This document shows, one piece after another, positions 47,741 through 60,114 of a stretch of DNA of 64,000 nucleotides. Source of the DNA: Camelus dromedarius (lineage: Eukaryota); NCBI RefSeq assembly GCF_036321535.1, contig NC_087436.1, positions 111,478,001-111,542,000 of the forward strand. Direction: 5' to 3'. Every line of letters begins with the position of its first letter. Position 1 is the first letter of the stretch. Position numbers and translations under genes: made by a program. The notes under the pieces are model-generated. The model ran no database searches. It saw only the letters and a list, made by a program, of their open reading frames with translations, and was not told the origin of the DNA.

Positions 47741-49590
47741 CCTTCTGCATATACTGCCAGGCTCTAATATCCAGTTACTACCTCCTGCTGGGGGTGGGTT
47801 GTGATCTTCCCACGTCAAACATTCCTGAGCCCCAGTTTTACTCAGTGGGGTGGGGAGGCACTGGGGAGAACGTCAGTGGAGTCTTGCCTGGAGTCTACAG
47901 CCAAGACCTTGGAGCGACTGGTTCTATAAGGGTAGCAGATAAACAGCTGCCTTTAAAATTTTCCATAGGATCATAAATTGTGAGCCCACGTGGACATCTG
48001 ATTGGAACTTACATTTTGCCTTTCTGAGGATATAGGTAAGCAAGCCAGATTTCTAAACAAAGGGGCGTTTGAGGCAGGAAATTTGCAGATGGTATTTATA
48101 TTCCTCTCTCACTGCAGATGTGTATCCCATCTCTGAGGGAGGGACACAGGGAGCTTGGCATTCCTTGCTTTCAAATCAGTAGTCTCCATCTAGCAAGTGC
48201 ATATGTGCCCAGGAGGAGGGGAAACACAGGAGCCTCAAACCCCTTTGTGGGCTTTTGGAGGGTTTCCCATAATAGTTGCAAGATTAGTAAATGATGAGAT
48301 CAGGACAGGAGCCCAAGGCTTTGGATCTGTCATCTGTTATTGTTTCCATGGCCTCACAGTGCCTGTTTTGAACCTTTGAAAAGAATTTTAGTGTAACTGT
48401 TCAAAGTTCTTCTGTTGCAGTAGAGTCAGCTCTAGCCTGTAGCTTTTTGGTGTTTGGTTTGCCACTTTTAACTCCTTTTGTCCCAAGTTTCATTTATGAA
48501 ATAAACCCATTTCATGGGACTGCTGTGAGGACTAATGAGTCACTGCATATAAGACACAAAGAAAGTGCCCAGTAAATACCAGCCTAAATTTATCACCGTT
48601 AGAAGCAGTGAGGGGACTGGCATCTTTGAGCGTCTCCTGCCATGTGCATGGTGCTGGGCAGTCAGCAGTTACATCACTTGGCTACCCAAGACAGGTTTTT
48701 GAGGTTGGCATACTTGCTGTTATTTCATTAGAGTTGAGGAATAAAGTTTGGAGACATGATGGGTACTTATAATAAAGCTCATACAGTCTGGTGTTTCTGC
48801 AAGGGCTGTGTGGTTCCTACCTGTCTCTGCCCTCTCTCGATGTACAGAGTTAGAAGCTGGTTATGAGAAGGGGTGAGCAGGAATCCAGATTATGATCCAG
48901 TTCCCCAAAGCTTACGTTTAAAAAGTTAGTTGACGAGTTTGAAGGTGATCTACCCATTGATAAGTTATCCAATAAGAAAGATGTTGTAGAATTTGGAAAT
49001 GGTTTTTAGAGGCCACTTTAAAGTCAAAGGTGTTTTGGGTTATGATGAGCTGAGTTTGGACAATGGAGAAAAGATTTATTGAAGGACGTGATGGGTGTGA
49101 AGATGACGTCAAACAAGGTACTAGATGACAGGACTGTCTGAGGTGAGGCGTCTGTAAAGCCCCCTCACTCGGGCTTCACTGGAAGCTGGAGGCGTTCATT
49201 TCTTCACCTTCTCTCTTTGGAGGGCTGAGAGCATTCTTGCCCATAAGAGGGTCTGCTGTAACATGGGGGTGTGAACTTGCCTTGTGAGAACTGCTGCTCT
49301 GAAGAGATCCTGTGGAAAAGACTCGAAGCCATTGCCTCAGAGGATGCCTAACCCTCACCGGGGATGCTTTAGGCTGCAGCTAGAACACCCTGACAAGTCT
49401 GAGAATGACCAGGCGCACCCAGGGATCTTTCCTCAGTTCCCAGTGTCCGCACCCTTGCGTCCAGAGAGCTTGTCCTCACGGCTGCTGGGATGGCTGTCGA
49501 CCCAGTGTTGCCAGAGCTGCCCCAGGTCTTAGCTCAAAACCCATCACCCCACCTTTAGCAGGCATGTCTTCACTCAAAACCTGCCAACCC

Positions 49591-50013
49591 TGTACCTTTA
49601 GCAGGAGTTAGTATAAATCTTTAAGTTAAAGGGTCCAGAGATAAGAAAGGAAGCTATAAACAAACAAAAAAACCCAGACGGAACCAGCTGGGACCAAAGC
49701 AGAGTGGAATCTGACCTCCATCAGAACTTAAGTCTCATTATACGCTGATGTGACCACATTAGCATATTAAATGGCACACCTACCAGCAGCCAGGATGGGG
49801 AATTAAGGACCAAAAAAGAGTAAAAAGGGGGTGGCTCCCCACTCTCTCATGAAAAGCCCTGCCCCTTCCCCAGTAGATGAATGCACATGCCTCCCCGTCA
49901 TTAGTCCCTTCCTCCCCTCTTTGTCTTTACCCTTTAAAATTAAATCCCTCCTGAAGCAGAGAGCCTGGCTGGGCTGGGGCCGAGCAGGGTCCATACAGCT
50001 CAATTCGGTAACA
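49591..50013 (+). mobile_element. MER41-like ERV1 LTR
   Basis: 'ctcattatacgctgatgtgaccacattagcatattaaatggcacacctaccagc' and 'taaaaagggggtggc', ending 'ttcggtaaca'. The 5' boundary is uncertain. Confidence 0.65.
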
Positions 50014-50349
50014 CCAACACAGCAAGAAACTCAGTTTCCAGAGCCCGTTTCTTGTACTTGCAGACTCAAGTCCTCAGGCTCCCTAAGTGTGAGCTCTTCT
50101 GGGCCCCGTTTCTTTCTTTTTACCTCTTTTTCCCAAGTGCCCTAGTGAGTAAAAAATACAGTTCTGTACAAAATAGGTGATATCTTTCCACCCGTTTCCT
50201 CATTACTTCACTAATTCTCTCTAGGAAAATGTCTGAACCCCTTTTGTGTGGCTGATCCTAGGCACGGAGAGCTCTCAGATTCCTCCTGGGAAACAGACTG
50301 CAGCCCCGGGTGCAATAATTGTATGAACGAAGACATCAGAGCATTGTTG

Positions 50350-50502
50350 GGGGGAGGGGTGAGCGTATAGCACAGGAGTAGAATGCATGCCTAGCACGCA
50401 CAAGGTCCTGGGTTCAATCCCCAGTACCTCCATCAATAAATCAATAAATAAATGAAACTAATTACTTCCCCTTCAACAAAACAAATAAACAAACAAAAAA
50501 AG
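50350..50502 (+). mobile_element. tRNA-Ala-derived camelid SINE (Vic-1-like), long form
   Basis: B-box 'gggttcaatccccagtacctcca', tail containing 'aaactaattacttcccc'. 13-bp TSD cagagcattgttg/cagagcattattg. Confidence 0.9.
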
Positions 50503-52608
50503 CAGAGCATTATTGTAAAGGAGGGAGAACAAGTCGGCTGGAGAGCAAGGAGGAGCAGACAGAAGGTCAAGGGGGTGTCGGACCTTGGGCCCCAGAGACT
50601 GACTGACGGCAAGGGAGCAGGATAAGGACCCCCGAGGCTAACAGGTGCACTGGCTTCTCCCAATGCTGGCTCATTTAGGACCCAATTGTCCATGATGAGT
50701 TTACTGAAAATTCCATTGAAAAATTTTTACCCTCTCACATTCACTTTTTTTTTTCTTAACCGAATCATTTGAGAAAGAAGTTGCAGACGCCTTAACATCT
50801 TAGCCTAATATTTGGGCAAGGGTCTTGCAGAACAAGGACATTCTACAACAAAACCCAAGATGGTTAGCACACATTTTTTTAAAAAACATTTTTTCTTCCA
50901 TTGGAGGAGCTTGTTATTTTTTTAGTCTTTTCAGGATTTTAATACCAATAAAAATAAAACAAATGAAGGTGAAAAAAAAAGAGTTTAAATGTAAAGAAGT
51001 TTGCAGGGGAAGCGACTGCAGTGTTCAAAAGTAAAGGAAGTAAGAGAACAATAGGCAAGTGCACAACTGAACCATCCCTTAGGTGGGAGATGCTGTAAAC
51101 TGACCCGGAGAGAAAGGATCCGGAAATTCGAGGGACTCCCCTGTGGTTTGAGCTCAGGTGCACCTGCCGCTAGAGGAAGTGTGAGGCTGCATGGCTGAGG
51201 ATGGGTGGGACCCTCAGGTGCCCTGCAAGCTGTTCACATTTTAACCCCAAGGCAATGGTGAGAGTTAAGTTTTAAGGAGGTCAGTGTCCTGTTTAAATGA
51301 GCACTTTGGGAAGACGCTCTAGCATCTCTGGGTGGATGGATTGAGAGGTTGTGGGAAGGAAGTGGGCAAGAGGCTTTAGAAATAGCAGGAGGGAGGCTGA
51401 CAAGACTCTGAACCAGGGCGGGAGGACTGGCCAGGAATGATGTTACTGTTGCGAATCAGAGGAAACCAGCCATCTGCTGCCGGCCCTCTGACCTTCTGGA
51501 AAATTACTGAATTGTGTCAAAATTACAAAAATAAACCTTAGAGTTCTCAAAGGTGCTTTTCCTGCATCATGGAGAGAACTGCTAATACTGCTGCTTGGCG
51601 TGGATCTTATTTCCACATAGGCATATTCCTAAGGATAGAAATCTCCCACTGCATTCCGGGAACGTGGAATCTTCTCTTGGTTTGCCATCCCTAAATTCTT
51701 GGAATCTAATTTTTTTTGGAGGGGGAGATGGAGGTGCTGGGTGAGCTGAACGGTAAGAATATTACCTACCTTCATGCAATTAGCAAATCAATTATGGTGG
51801 GATTAGATATTGACTTTTTAAAACCATGTATCTCAAATGATACCATTTGTGAAGGACAGCCTGTCTTCATATTTATTCAGATAGTTCCCAAGTTTCAGAT
51901 GAAGGAAGAAAGAAGAAAATACTTTGAGGACCAATGGCATCCTTAAAGATAATGTATGTGATTTTGAACTTGAAAATATGTTGTAGGTAGACAACAAAAG
52001 ATCACCCTTTTAAAATTAATTCTGCTTGAAATTAGCAATTACCGTCATTATCAGTGTATTGATTGCTCATGGAAAATGTGGAAAACACGTTTGCTCATTA
52101 CATGCTGGCAGATTCTGTTTTCTGGAGTCCCTGCTGCCTGGAGTACAGCCCTGGGGGAGCTGCAAAGTTGGGTTGGGATGGAATGATCGTGGAGCTTGCC
52201 CAGGGAGAGGCATGTGGCCTAGAGGATGAGCCTGCAGTACTGGGTGTTGGAAAGAGAGCCAGTGGTCAAAGACTGGGAGGGAAGGAAGAGCTGTGATGGG
52301 AACTGGGGATACACAAGGTCACAGTATCTGATCCAACTCCACTCTGGGGACCGGGATGTAGCCGAGTCGGGGAAGAGTTGGGGAAACAGGGCAGTTAAGT
52401 CAAGAAAATGAACCTGCTTGTTTCTAGCATGACACTTTCTTTCCCATCATGGGTGATTCACACAAGTGCGGGTCGGGGTGCAGAGAGAGTGGAGTGCATT
52501 AGACATTTATGGGAATTTCCAAAATCGGACAATATCAGAAGCAGGCAAATTTTTGCTCAAGAACGTAAGCATCATATGTATGTTCATATCCATTTCACAG
52601 TGATCCCT

Positions 52609-53065
52609 TGTGTTCATTTTATAGAGTTGCTATAATTAATTGCCATGCATGTGGTAGCTTAACATAACCAAAATGTATTCTCTCACTATTCTGGAGGCCA
52701 GGATTCTGAAAATGGGGTGTTGGCAGGGCCACACTCTCTCTGCAGGCTCCGAGGGAGAACCCTCCCTTCTTTTTCCCCAACACTTTGGTAGTTTCCACCA
52801 ATCTTTGGTGTTCTTGGCTCATAGACACATCACTTCAATTTCTGCTCCATCATCACATGCCCTTCTCTCTGTGCATCTCTGTCTGGCCTTTCCTCTCCTC
52901 ATAAGGACACCAGCCATTTAATTTAGGGCCCACTCAAATCCAGGATGACCTCCTCTGGAGAGCCTTAATTACATCTGCAAAGACCCTATTTCCAAGTAAG
53001 GCCACTCACAGATACAGGGGTTAGGACCTGGACATACATTTTGGGGGCCACTATTCCACTCACCA
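52609..53065 (-). mobile_element. MaLR solo LTR, MLT1C-like
   Basis: 'ttctggaggccag...ggtgttggcagggccac...ataaggacaccagcc...ttaattacatctgcaaagaccctatttccaa...ggggttaggac'. Confidence 0.88.
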
Positions 53066-53464
53066 TGCTCCTGTTACCAAGAGTAAGAATATGATATTTT
53101 TCGTCTTTTCAACATGTGTGCTGGACTCAGGACAAGGAGAAAAGAGGATGAATAAAACACATGATGTGCCCACGTGCTGCTCATAGTCTCGTGAGCAGGA
53201 GGCAGGTGGAGACACAGGCAGGCCCTTCTAATCCAGTGGGGGGGAGCCCAGGGGAGAGGGGAGGGTGTGCACAAGTTGCTAAGGAGCCCAAGGGAGGGGG
53301 CACCTAATGCAGCCTGAGGTGGGGCTGGGATGGGCTTGATAATATTCCGGGGGGAAGCTTAGGCAGAAAATAGATGAACAAGGTGAAGGAGGTAGGGGGA
53401 GGCTTTCTAGGCAAAAGGTATAGCATGTGCATTGGTGCAGACAGGGGTGAGAGAAAGAGGGTGT

Positions 53465-54403
53465 ATCCAGTGAAGACATAGGGACGGCCAGTAGGCACAT
53501 GAAAAGATGCTCAGCATTGCTAATTATCAGAGAAATGCAAATCAAAACTACAATGAGGTATCACTTCACACTGGTCAGAATGGCCATCATTAAAATGTCC
53601 ACAAAGGATAAATGCTGGAGAAGGTGTGGAGAAAAGGGAACCCTTTTACCTTGTTGGTGGGAATGTAATTTGGTGCAGCCACTATGGAAAACAGTATGGA
53701 GATTCCTTAAAAAGCTAAAAATAGAGTTACCATATGATCAGCAATCCCAATCCTGGGCATATATCCAGAGGGTCTCTAATTCAAAAAGACACATGAACCC
53801 CAATGTTTACAGCAGCACAATTTACAATAGCCAATACACAGAAGCAACCTAAATGTCCATCAACAGATGACTGGGTAAAGAAGTTGTGTACGTATGTGTG
53901 TGTATATATATACATACATACACATATACATACAATGGAATACTACTCAGCCATTAAAATGATGAAATTGCAGCAACATGGATGGACCTAGAGATTATCA
54001 TACTAAGTGAAATAAGTCAGACAAAGACAAATGTCACATGATATCACTTATATGTGAAAGCTAAAAAAAATGGCACAAATGAATTTATTTACAAAACAGA
54101 ACAGACTCACAGACATAGAAAACAAACTTCTGGTTACCAAATGGGAAGCTGGGGGAGGGATAAATTAGGAGTTTGGGATTAGCAGATACAAACTACTATA
54201 TATAAAATAGATAAACAACAAGGATTTACTGTATAGCACAGGGAACTATATTCAATACCTTGTAATAACCTATAATGGAACAGAATCTGAAAATATATAC
54301 ATATATATATATATGAATATAAATATATATATGACTGAATCACCATGCTGTACACCAGAAACTAATGTAACACCATAAATCAAATATACTTCAATTAAAA
54401 AAA
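53465..54403 (+). mobile_element. Young L1, 5'-truncated (~0.94 kb), inserted in an L2
   Basis: 11-bp TSD aaagagggtgt (53454-53464 and 54404-54414) and a poly(A) tail. ORF2 C-terminus [29 protein letters not shown]...[26 protein letters not shown]. Confidence 0.95.
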
Positions 54404-55779
54404 AAAGAGGGTGTGATGCAATCCAGGAGCTGCAGGTCTGGTTACAAATCAGGGTCTGAGATGGGGGTGGTGGGAGAGGAGGCAGTGAGGGCGTCAGGTC
54501 AAGAAGGGCCTGGCATGTCCCGAGCAGGGGTTGGGAAAAAAAGCAAATGGGAAACCAGGGAAGTGTCTTGGAAGCTAAAAGTGTTCTATACATGTGAATA
54601 ATAATTCTAATATTTTTTGGTGTGTACCAGACATTTATAGTAAATATAAGAAATGATATTGGCTGGAAATACGTTTTTTGGCACTAGAAGGAAAAGATGG
54701 GTACCTTGGCATTTTTAAAGTGACTTTTTCTAATCAGTCTGATATTAAATTTGAGAAGGAAAAAATATATAAGGGGCAAGACTGGAAATGACTCCCCTCC
54801 CTCTGCCTCCTAACAGGAGAGAAAATTCAAGAAGGCAGATGGGCAGTTGTGCTTCTGTCCAGACCTGGGCACTAGGGTAGGGCCTGACAAGGTGGGTTAG
54901 GCCCCAGAGATCCCCAAGTCAAGGCAAGGGGTCAGCGTGGGGCCCCAGCCCTGAGGAGCAATGAGCCTAGGCAGGGCAGCTGGGCTGGTTACGGAGAGAG
55001 ATTCAAGCTCAAGTTCCTTCCTTGGGCTGATCAGTGTGGCTGGTGGGGTTGCCGATCCCTGGCGATCACTGTCTCCGGCACGCAGATTAGGCAGCGTCTG
55101 CTGTCCATGGACAAGGTTCTCTTTTCCTAATTGATCCTCACATGGCCAGTCTCTCTTTGGCTCCAATTCACCCTCCATAGAGCCAGAATGGTCTTCCTAT
55201 AACACAAATCTATTCCTGTCTCTTCTGTTATTTCTGTACCCCGTGGCCTCTGCTCTCTCTCTATTCCAGATGTAGCCTGTGATCCACACACTTCTGACCT
55301 TGCCCCGTTCCCCGAGAGAGACCTGCCCCTTTAGGCACCTGCCCGCTGCCCATTCTACTGCCTCTGCCAAGACTCTCCAATCATCTTCGGTACTGCTCAC
55401 CTGTCCCCCCTGTGGGAGTCTGTGCTATGGGCGCCGCTGTACGCATCCACGTGTCAGTCATCCCATACGATGTGTAATTATCGCATCTGCAATGTGCTAT
55501 CGCAACCATCCATTTCGGTCCATCTCTCCCATTGGATGGTGGGCCACCAGAGGGTCAAGGATCCCTTTCCTTCACCTCATCATCTTTAGCCACCAGCCAA
55601 GTGCCTGATCCAGGATGATGTCTCAGTGAGTAAAAGATGAGTAAAGGATGAATATTTATCATCTTAACTTTAAAATATGACTACATGAGAACATTAAGAT
55701 ACAAATCACACTAGGGGAGACCTCGACTCTCCTGGCAGCAGGTTTTCGACGTCGGTTCTTCTGTTTCTGGTGTCCAGCA

Positions 55780-56085
55780 CTGTGCTGTCCATTTCAACAA
55801 CCACCGGCCACACGTGGCTACTGAGACATTAAAACGGGGCCAGTCTGAAATACAGCTAGTGCTCTAAGTTTAAAATCTACCCTACATTTTTTTAAGATTT
55901 GGTACAAAAGACAGGCTATAAAATATCTCATTATTTTACATTAAGTTCACATTCAAATGACAATGTTTTGGTATACTGGGTTACATAAAATATATTATTA
56001 AAATTAATTTTACTCTTTTCTTTATATTTTCACAATTTAAAATTACCTATATGACTTGCATTATATTCCTGTTGAGCATCACTGG
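55780..56085. mobile_element. MER33 (hAT-Charlie MITE)
   Basis: 'ctgtgctgtcca...ggccacacgtggctactgag...aaaatatctcatta...taaaatatattattaaaattaattt...tttaaaattac'. Confidence 0.8.
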
Positions 56086-56635
56086 TATAGAGCCCTGCCT
56101 TGGTTAGAATAAATATTTAAATTGTTACCATAATATATTTTTAAACTGTTTGTAAATGTCTTTGTTCATTGTAAAGCATTTTGAAAGTATAATGATCAAA
56201 AATAGAAATCTTCTGCAGCATCATCTCTCTGAGCCAGGAAGATACACATTTGGGGGATATTTTCTTTCATCATTCTTTCATTTATAAAACAAAATTGAAA
56301 CCACACCGAATACCCTCTTAAACACTAAGCTTTTTTTCACTTACAATTATGTTGTAAATATTTTACCATGTTATTAAATATTGTTAGAAAAAGATGATTT
56401 TGATTAGTGCAAAGTATTCTGATGGTAGTTCAGGGAGCCACACAGCTTTCCTCTTCTCCGAATTTCTGACCAGTGGAATATACACCTAGGGACCAATAGC
56501 CAGTGATGAATGAAGAACGGCTGTATTAACTGATGTCAGGCAGCCTCCCAAGAATCCACCTTTCATTACCTGGCGAAAGATAGATTGGAGACTATAATTT
56601 GGCCTTGAATTTGAATCTTGAGACCTGCATGGTAT

Positions 56636-56658
56636 GAGAGTGAGAGCGAGAGAGCGAG

Positions 56659-56689
<31 letters not shown>
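56636..56689. repeat. compound (GAGAGC)n-(GA)n microsatellite
   Basis: Read directly from the sequence. Confidence 0.92.
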
Positions 56690-56692
<3 letters not shown>

Positions 56693-59600
56693 GCCTTCTC
56701 CAAACTTCCCCATAAAAGAAGAGAGGATGCAATGCCTTCTCCTAGGGACTGAATGCAGGTGCAGAAGCATAAACACGATTCAACTCTCAGCCAGTCCAGT
56801 AGTGTTAGCTCAAGCTGAGCTGTTGCAAGCTGTCCCGTCAGTTTGGCTGTTCAAAACTGTCATGTTGCTTTGGTGGATATTGGTTGCCTCCCAGGGTCAT
56901 AGATAGGTGAGAGCGGTGGCTTCTTCCTTCATGACCTTGCTACCAGGCGATGTTACCATGAAGTTACAAAGAATTCTGCTGCCAAGCAGGCACATAATTA
57001 TCAGCAAGCAGGGCCCACAGCAGTCATAGCTATGATCTTGTAATCTGGGCGAAGCTCTGGTTCTCTATGCTTTGACATTCTTAAAAGCACCTTGCAAGAA
57101 AGGTTTACCGCTGGCAGATGTAGCAATATTCCATCTAGAGGTAGGAATAGCCAGCTTTCCAGTTGGGGCAGGGGATAGAATTCTCTGTCAAATGGTATAT
57201 TATAGTATTAAAACGAGGCCAAGCCAGGGTGTCCTGCTGAAGTAGATGGTCGGGCTCCTCAGATATTTTTATATTCCACTGATTACCATTATTACTGTAG
57301 TGGAGATACCTGTGTGGTGTTCTGAACCCATCTGAACCCATCTGCATGTTTGAACACTACTCGTTTCAAAGTGAGAAATTATTTCAAATACTCCTTATGC
57401 TAAATGAATGGACCTTATATTTTAGATTAAGAATTTGATATTTGAAGTGATTGTCATGGAGCTTCTGGAGTTGGGACTTCTAACTGTGATCTTTCAAATA
57501 TTGAGTAATACTCCTAGGTTGAATGTTTCTGATAAGTAGAACCCTTATGGGGTAGATTGAAACTAATTTAGACACATGCACGTGTGCACACACGCGCACC
57601 CCCCCACTACACTTCCTGCACTCATGTGCTTTAAAATAAATTATAGACATTATCACATGAAAAGTCTGAAATTTTGGAGAATTGTACAATCCTGAACTAA
57701 TTTTTCAGAGCCTTTAAAATTGAAAAATGGGTCTAGAAACATAGTAAGAACAGGTTTATTAATGAGTTTTTTGGTTCAAACTGTGGCTTTGTTGTCAAAA
57801 TGAAATAAGCCAAGCTGGAACAGGTTGATGCATAAACCATTTTTTAGCTTTTCTTTCCCTAGCTCATTTTAGGATTTTTTATTTTTTTTAGTGTCAGATA
57901 TTTGTCGGATGGGGGTTAAGTTATTAAAAAATTTATATTAAAAGCACAAAATAAAACCAAAAAAACCCCATAAACAAAAAATGAATTAATAATGGTAGGA
58001 ATATGAAAAATAAAGTCTACAGTTTTTCTTCCCAGATGCATTCACTTTGCCGTTTACAGCTGCCGCTGTCCAGACTCGTATGTCTTTTTGAAGACATGCA
58101 AGGAAAGCTCACTGCTGTTTCTTTCTGCTAACACAGCTCAGTCTGGGATTCCTGGGGTTAGAGTGAGCATATTTTTTTATGAACTGAGTAATTAGTCCAT
58201 CTGGTAATATTCTCAGAAAGGTGCTGGGGTTGGAGAATTAACCCCAATACTTATTTCACATGTTTGTTATGGGAGGTAAGAGATAAAGAGATGAAAGTGC
58301 TTTGTGAATTGTAAAGAGGTTTTAGTTGCTGTTATTATGGTTACCAGTAGCTCCGTAACCCCCTTTTTCTATACAGTCTGGATGCTTATGCGAATTTTAT
58401 TAGCAGGTAGCATGTATCGATAGACCCTCACATCTTTGAGGTTTGTGCTTCCGTCCACCCATGAACACGTTTTGGACACCTCCTAGCAGCCGTGGGCTCA
58501 GTGCAGGCACCAGCTATGGCTTCTGCCTTTGAAGCTCATTAATACACTTGGGGAGACAAAGCATTCACTGAACATTCAAAGAGCAAGGTAGCATCTGCTT
58601 AGGTGTCCATTTGCTATTTGGCTTAAACAACTAGAGAAAGGAAATTCTGGAAGCTAGATTAGTGGGCAACATATTCCAAGGGGCTCGTTTTCATCTTAAA
58701 TATTTGTAGGAAAGCTGGAAAAAGCTTTATTCCACTTCACCTTCCTGGTTCTTGGGAGCTGGATGTGGACATCTGGGATGTATTTGGAGCTAGTTCCATT
58801 TTCATTTTCTTGAGTTTTCTCTAAAATTTTCCATGGGCCTGAGAGCGATGGGGTGTGTGCTGTTTCCTTGATTTATGTCTGCTCCCTCCCTTCCCCCAGC
58901 ACCCACCCTAGGTCATCCAATGTCCTGTTCAAAGAGCCAGTCCTCAGAACAGGACCCTTTGCCTTAATCGGTTACAGTCAGCTTCAAACTATTTTCTGTC
59001 TGTTGTTTGGTGCTTGAAGGGTCTTTTGGTGATTTCGTGACTGCTTTCAGCCCTGTTGAAATCCCTATTTATGTTCAGAAAGGAGTGTTACGGCAGTTAC
59101 AGAAAAGTGGGAAATTTTTCTGAACGGATACTCAGGTGACACCACAGGTGATCAGGAAGAGAGGATGGATGTGAGCGAGTGTGTGAGTGTGTGAGTGTGT
59201 TGGCTTTTATCATTCTTTTGGTAAAAAACAGTAACACACAAAAGGGAAACAACAGGCTACCTACAGCCTACTTACAGTAGTCTGCTTTTCAGCAGGGATA
59301 TCGAAGTCTCCAAACTCCCTTTCCAATCCTCTTCTAGTGTCTCTCTTCTAACCCACATCACTTGTTGGGTGGGAGGGTGGGAAGGAGGGGGTCATTATAT
59401 ATCAGGAATGGGAGTCAGCTGGTGCCGCCCAGGGTGCGCACATCTGCGTTTCCCAGTTTCCCGCAGTTCTCTTCTTGAGAGAACATTCACCACCAGTGCA
59501 CGGACCCTGGAGAGGTTGGGCTTTCCCAAACATCTTGGCATCAGAGTGCATCTGGATATTCCCTTGTGTTTTTGCCGTCACAGGTGAAGAGTAACCATCT

Positions 59601-60114
59601 CAGATGGCTGCCTAGTCCCTCCAAGCATGGCATGATCACAACGGATAGTCTTCTCATTGCAGGATTATTTATTATCTGTCTTTTCCTGCCAGAGTTTCAG
59701 CTCCCTGAGGGTAGGGACCTGGTCTTGTGTCCTGTTAGAACAGGGCCTGTACACTCAATAAATATTAGTCGAATAAATTGCAAATTTACAAAGACCCTGC
59801 CTTTCAACCAGGAGGTAAGGAAAGAGCATTTAAGATGCTCAGTCATGTAGGTTCCACTGGGTTGCTCTGTTGAATGGTAAGGAATTGAGAAGGGGCACCT
59901 GAGAAGGGGCATCTTGACAAGTGTGATCCCTTGAAGGATCACATCACTGGCTGGGTTATAAATGTGATCTCTCAGATGGACAAGCAGAAAGGAGAGCAGG
60001 AGTGAGGCGGGTATCAAGGCACTAAAGTGGAGGAGCCAGATGACGGTGGAGCAGAAGGAAACAGGATGTGGCCTGAGAAAATGCATCAGCTTTTAGGGCT
60101 AGAGGGTCAATCTA

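Noticed and set aside
53499..53991. 117-aa ORF with Cys/Trp motifs
   Set aside because: It is the L1 ORF2 C-terminal remnant in a 5'-truncated, frameshifted insertion.
55541..55558. CTCF-like motif gggccaccagagggtc
   Set aside because: It mismatches at a core C position and lies within a decayed L2, so it cannot be supported without ChIP data.
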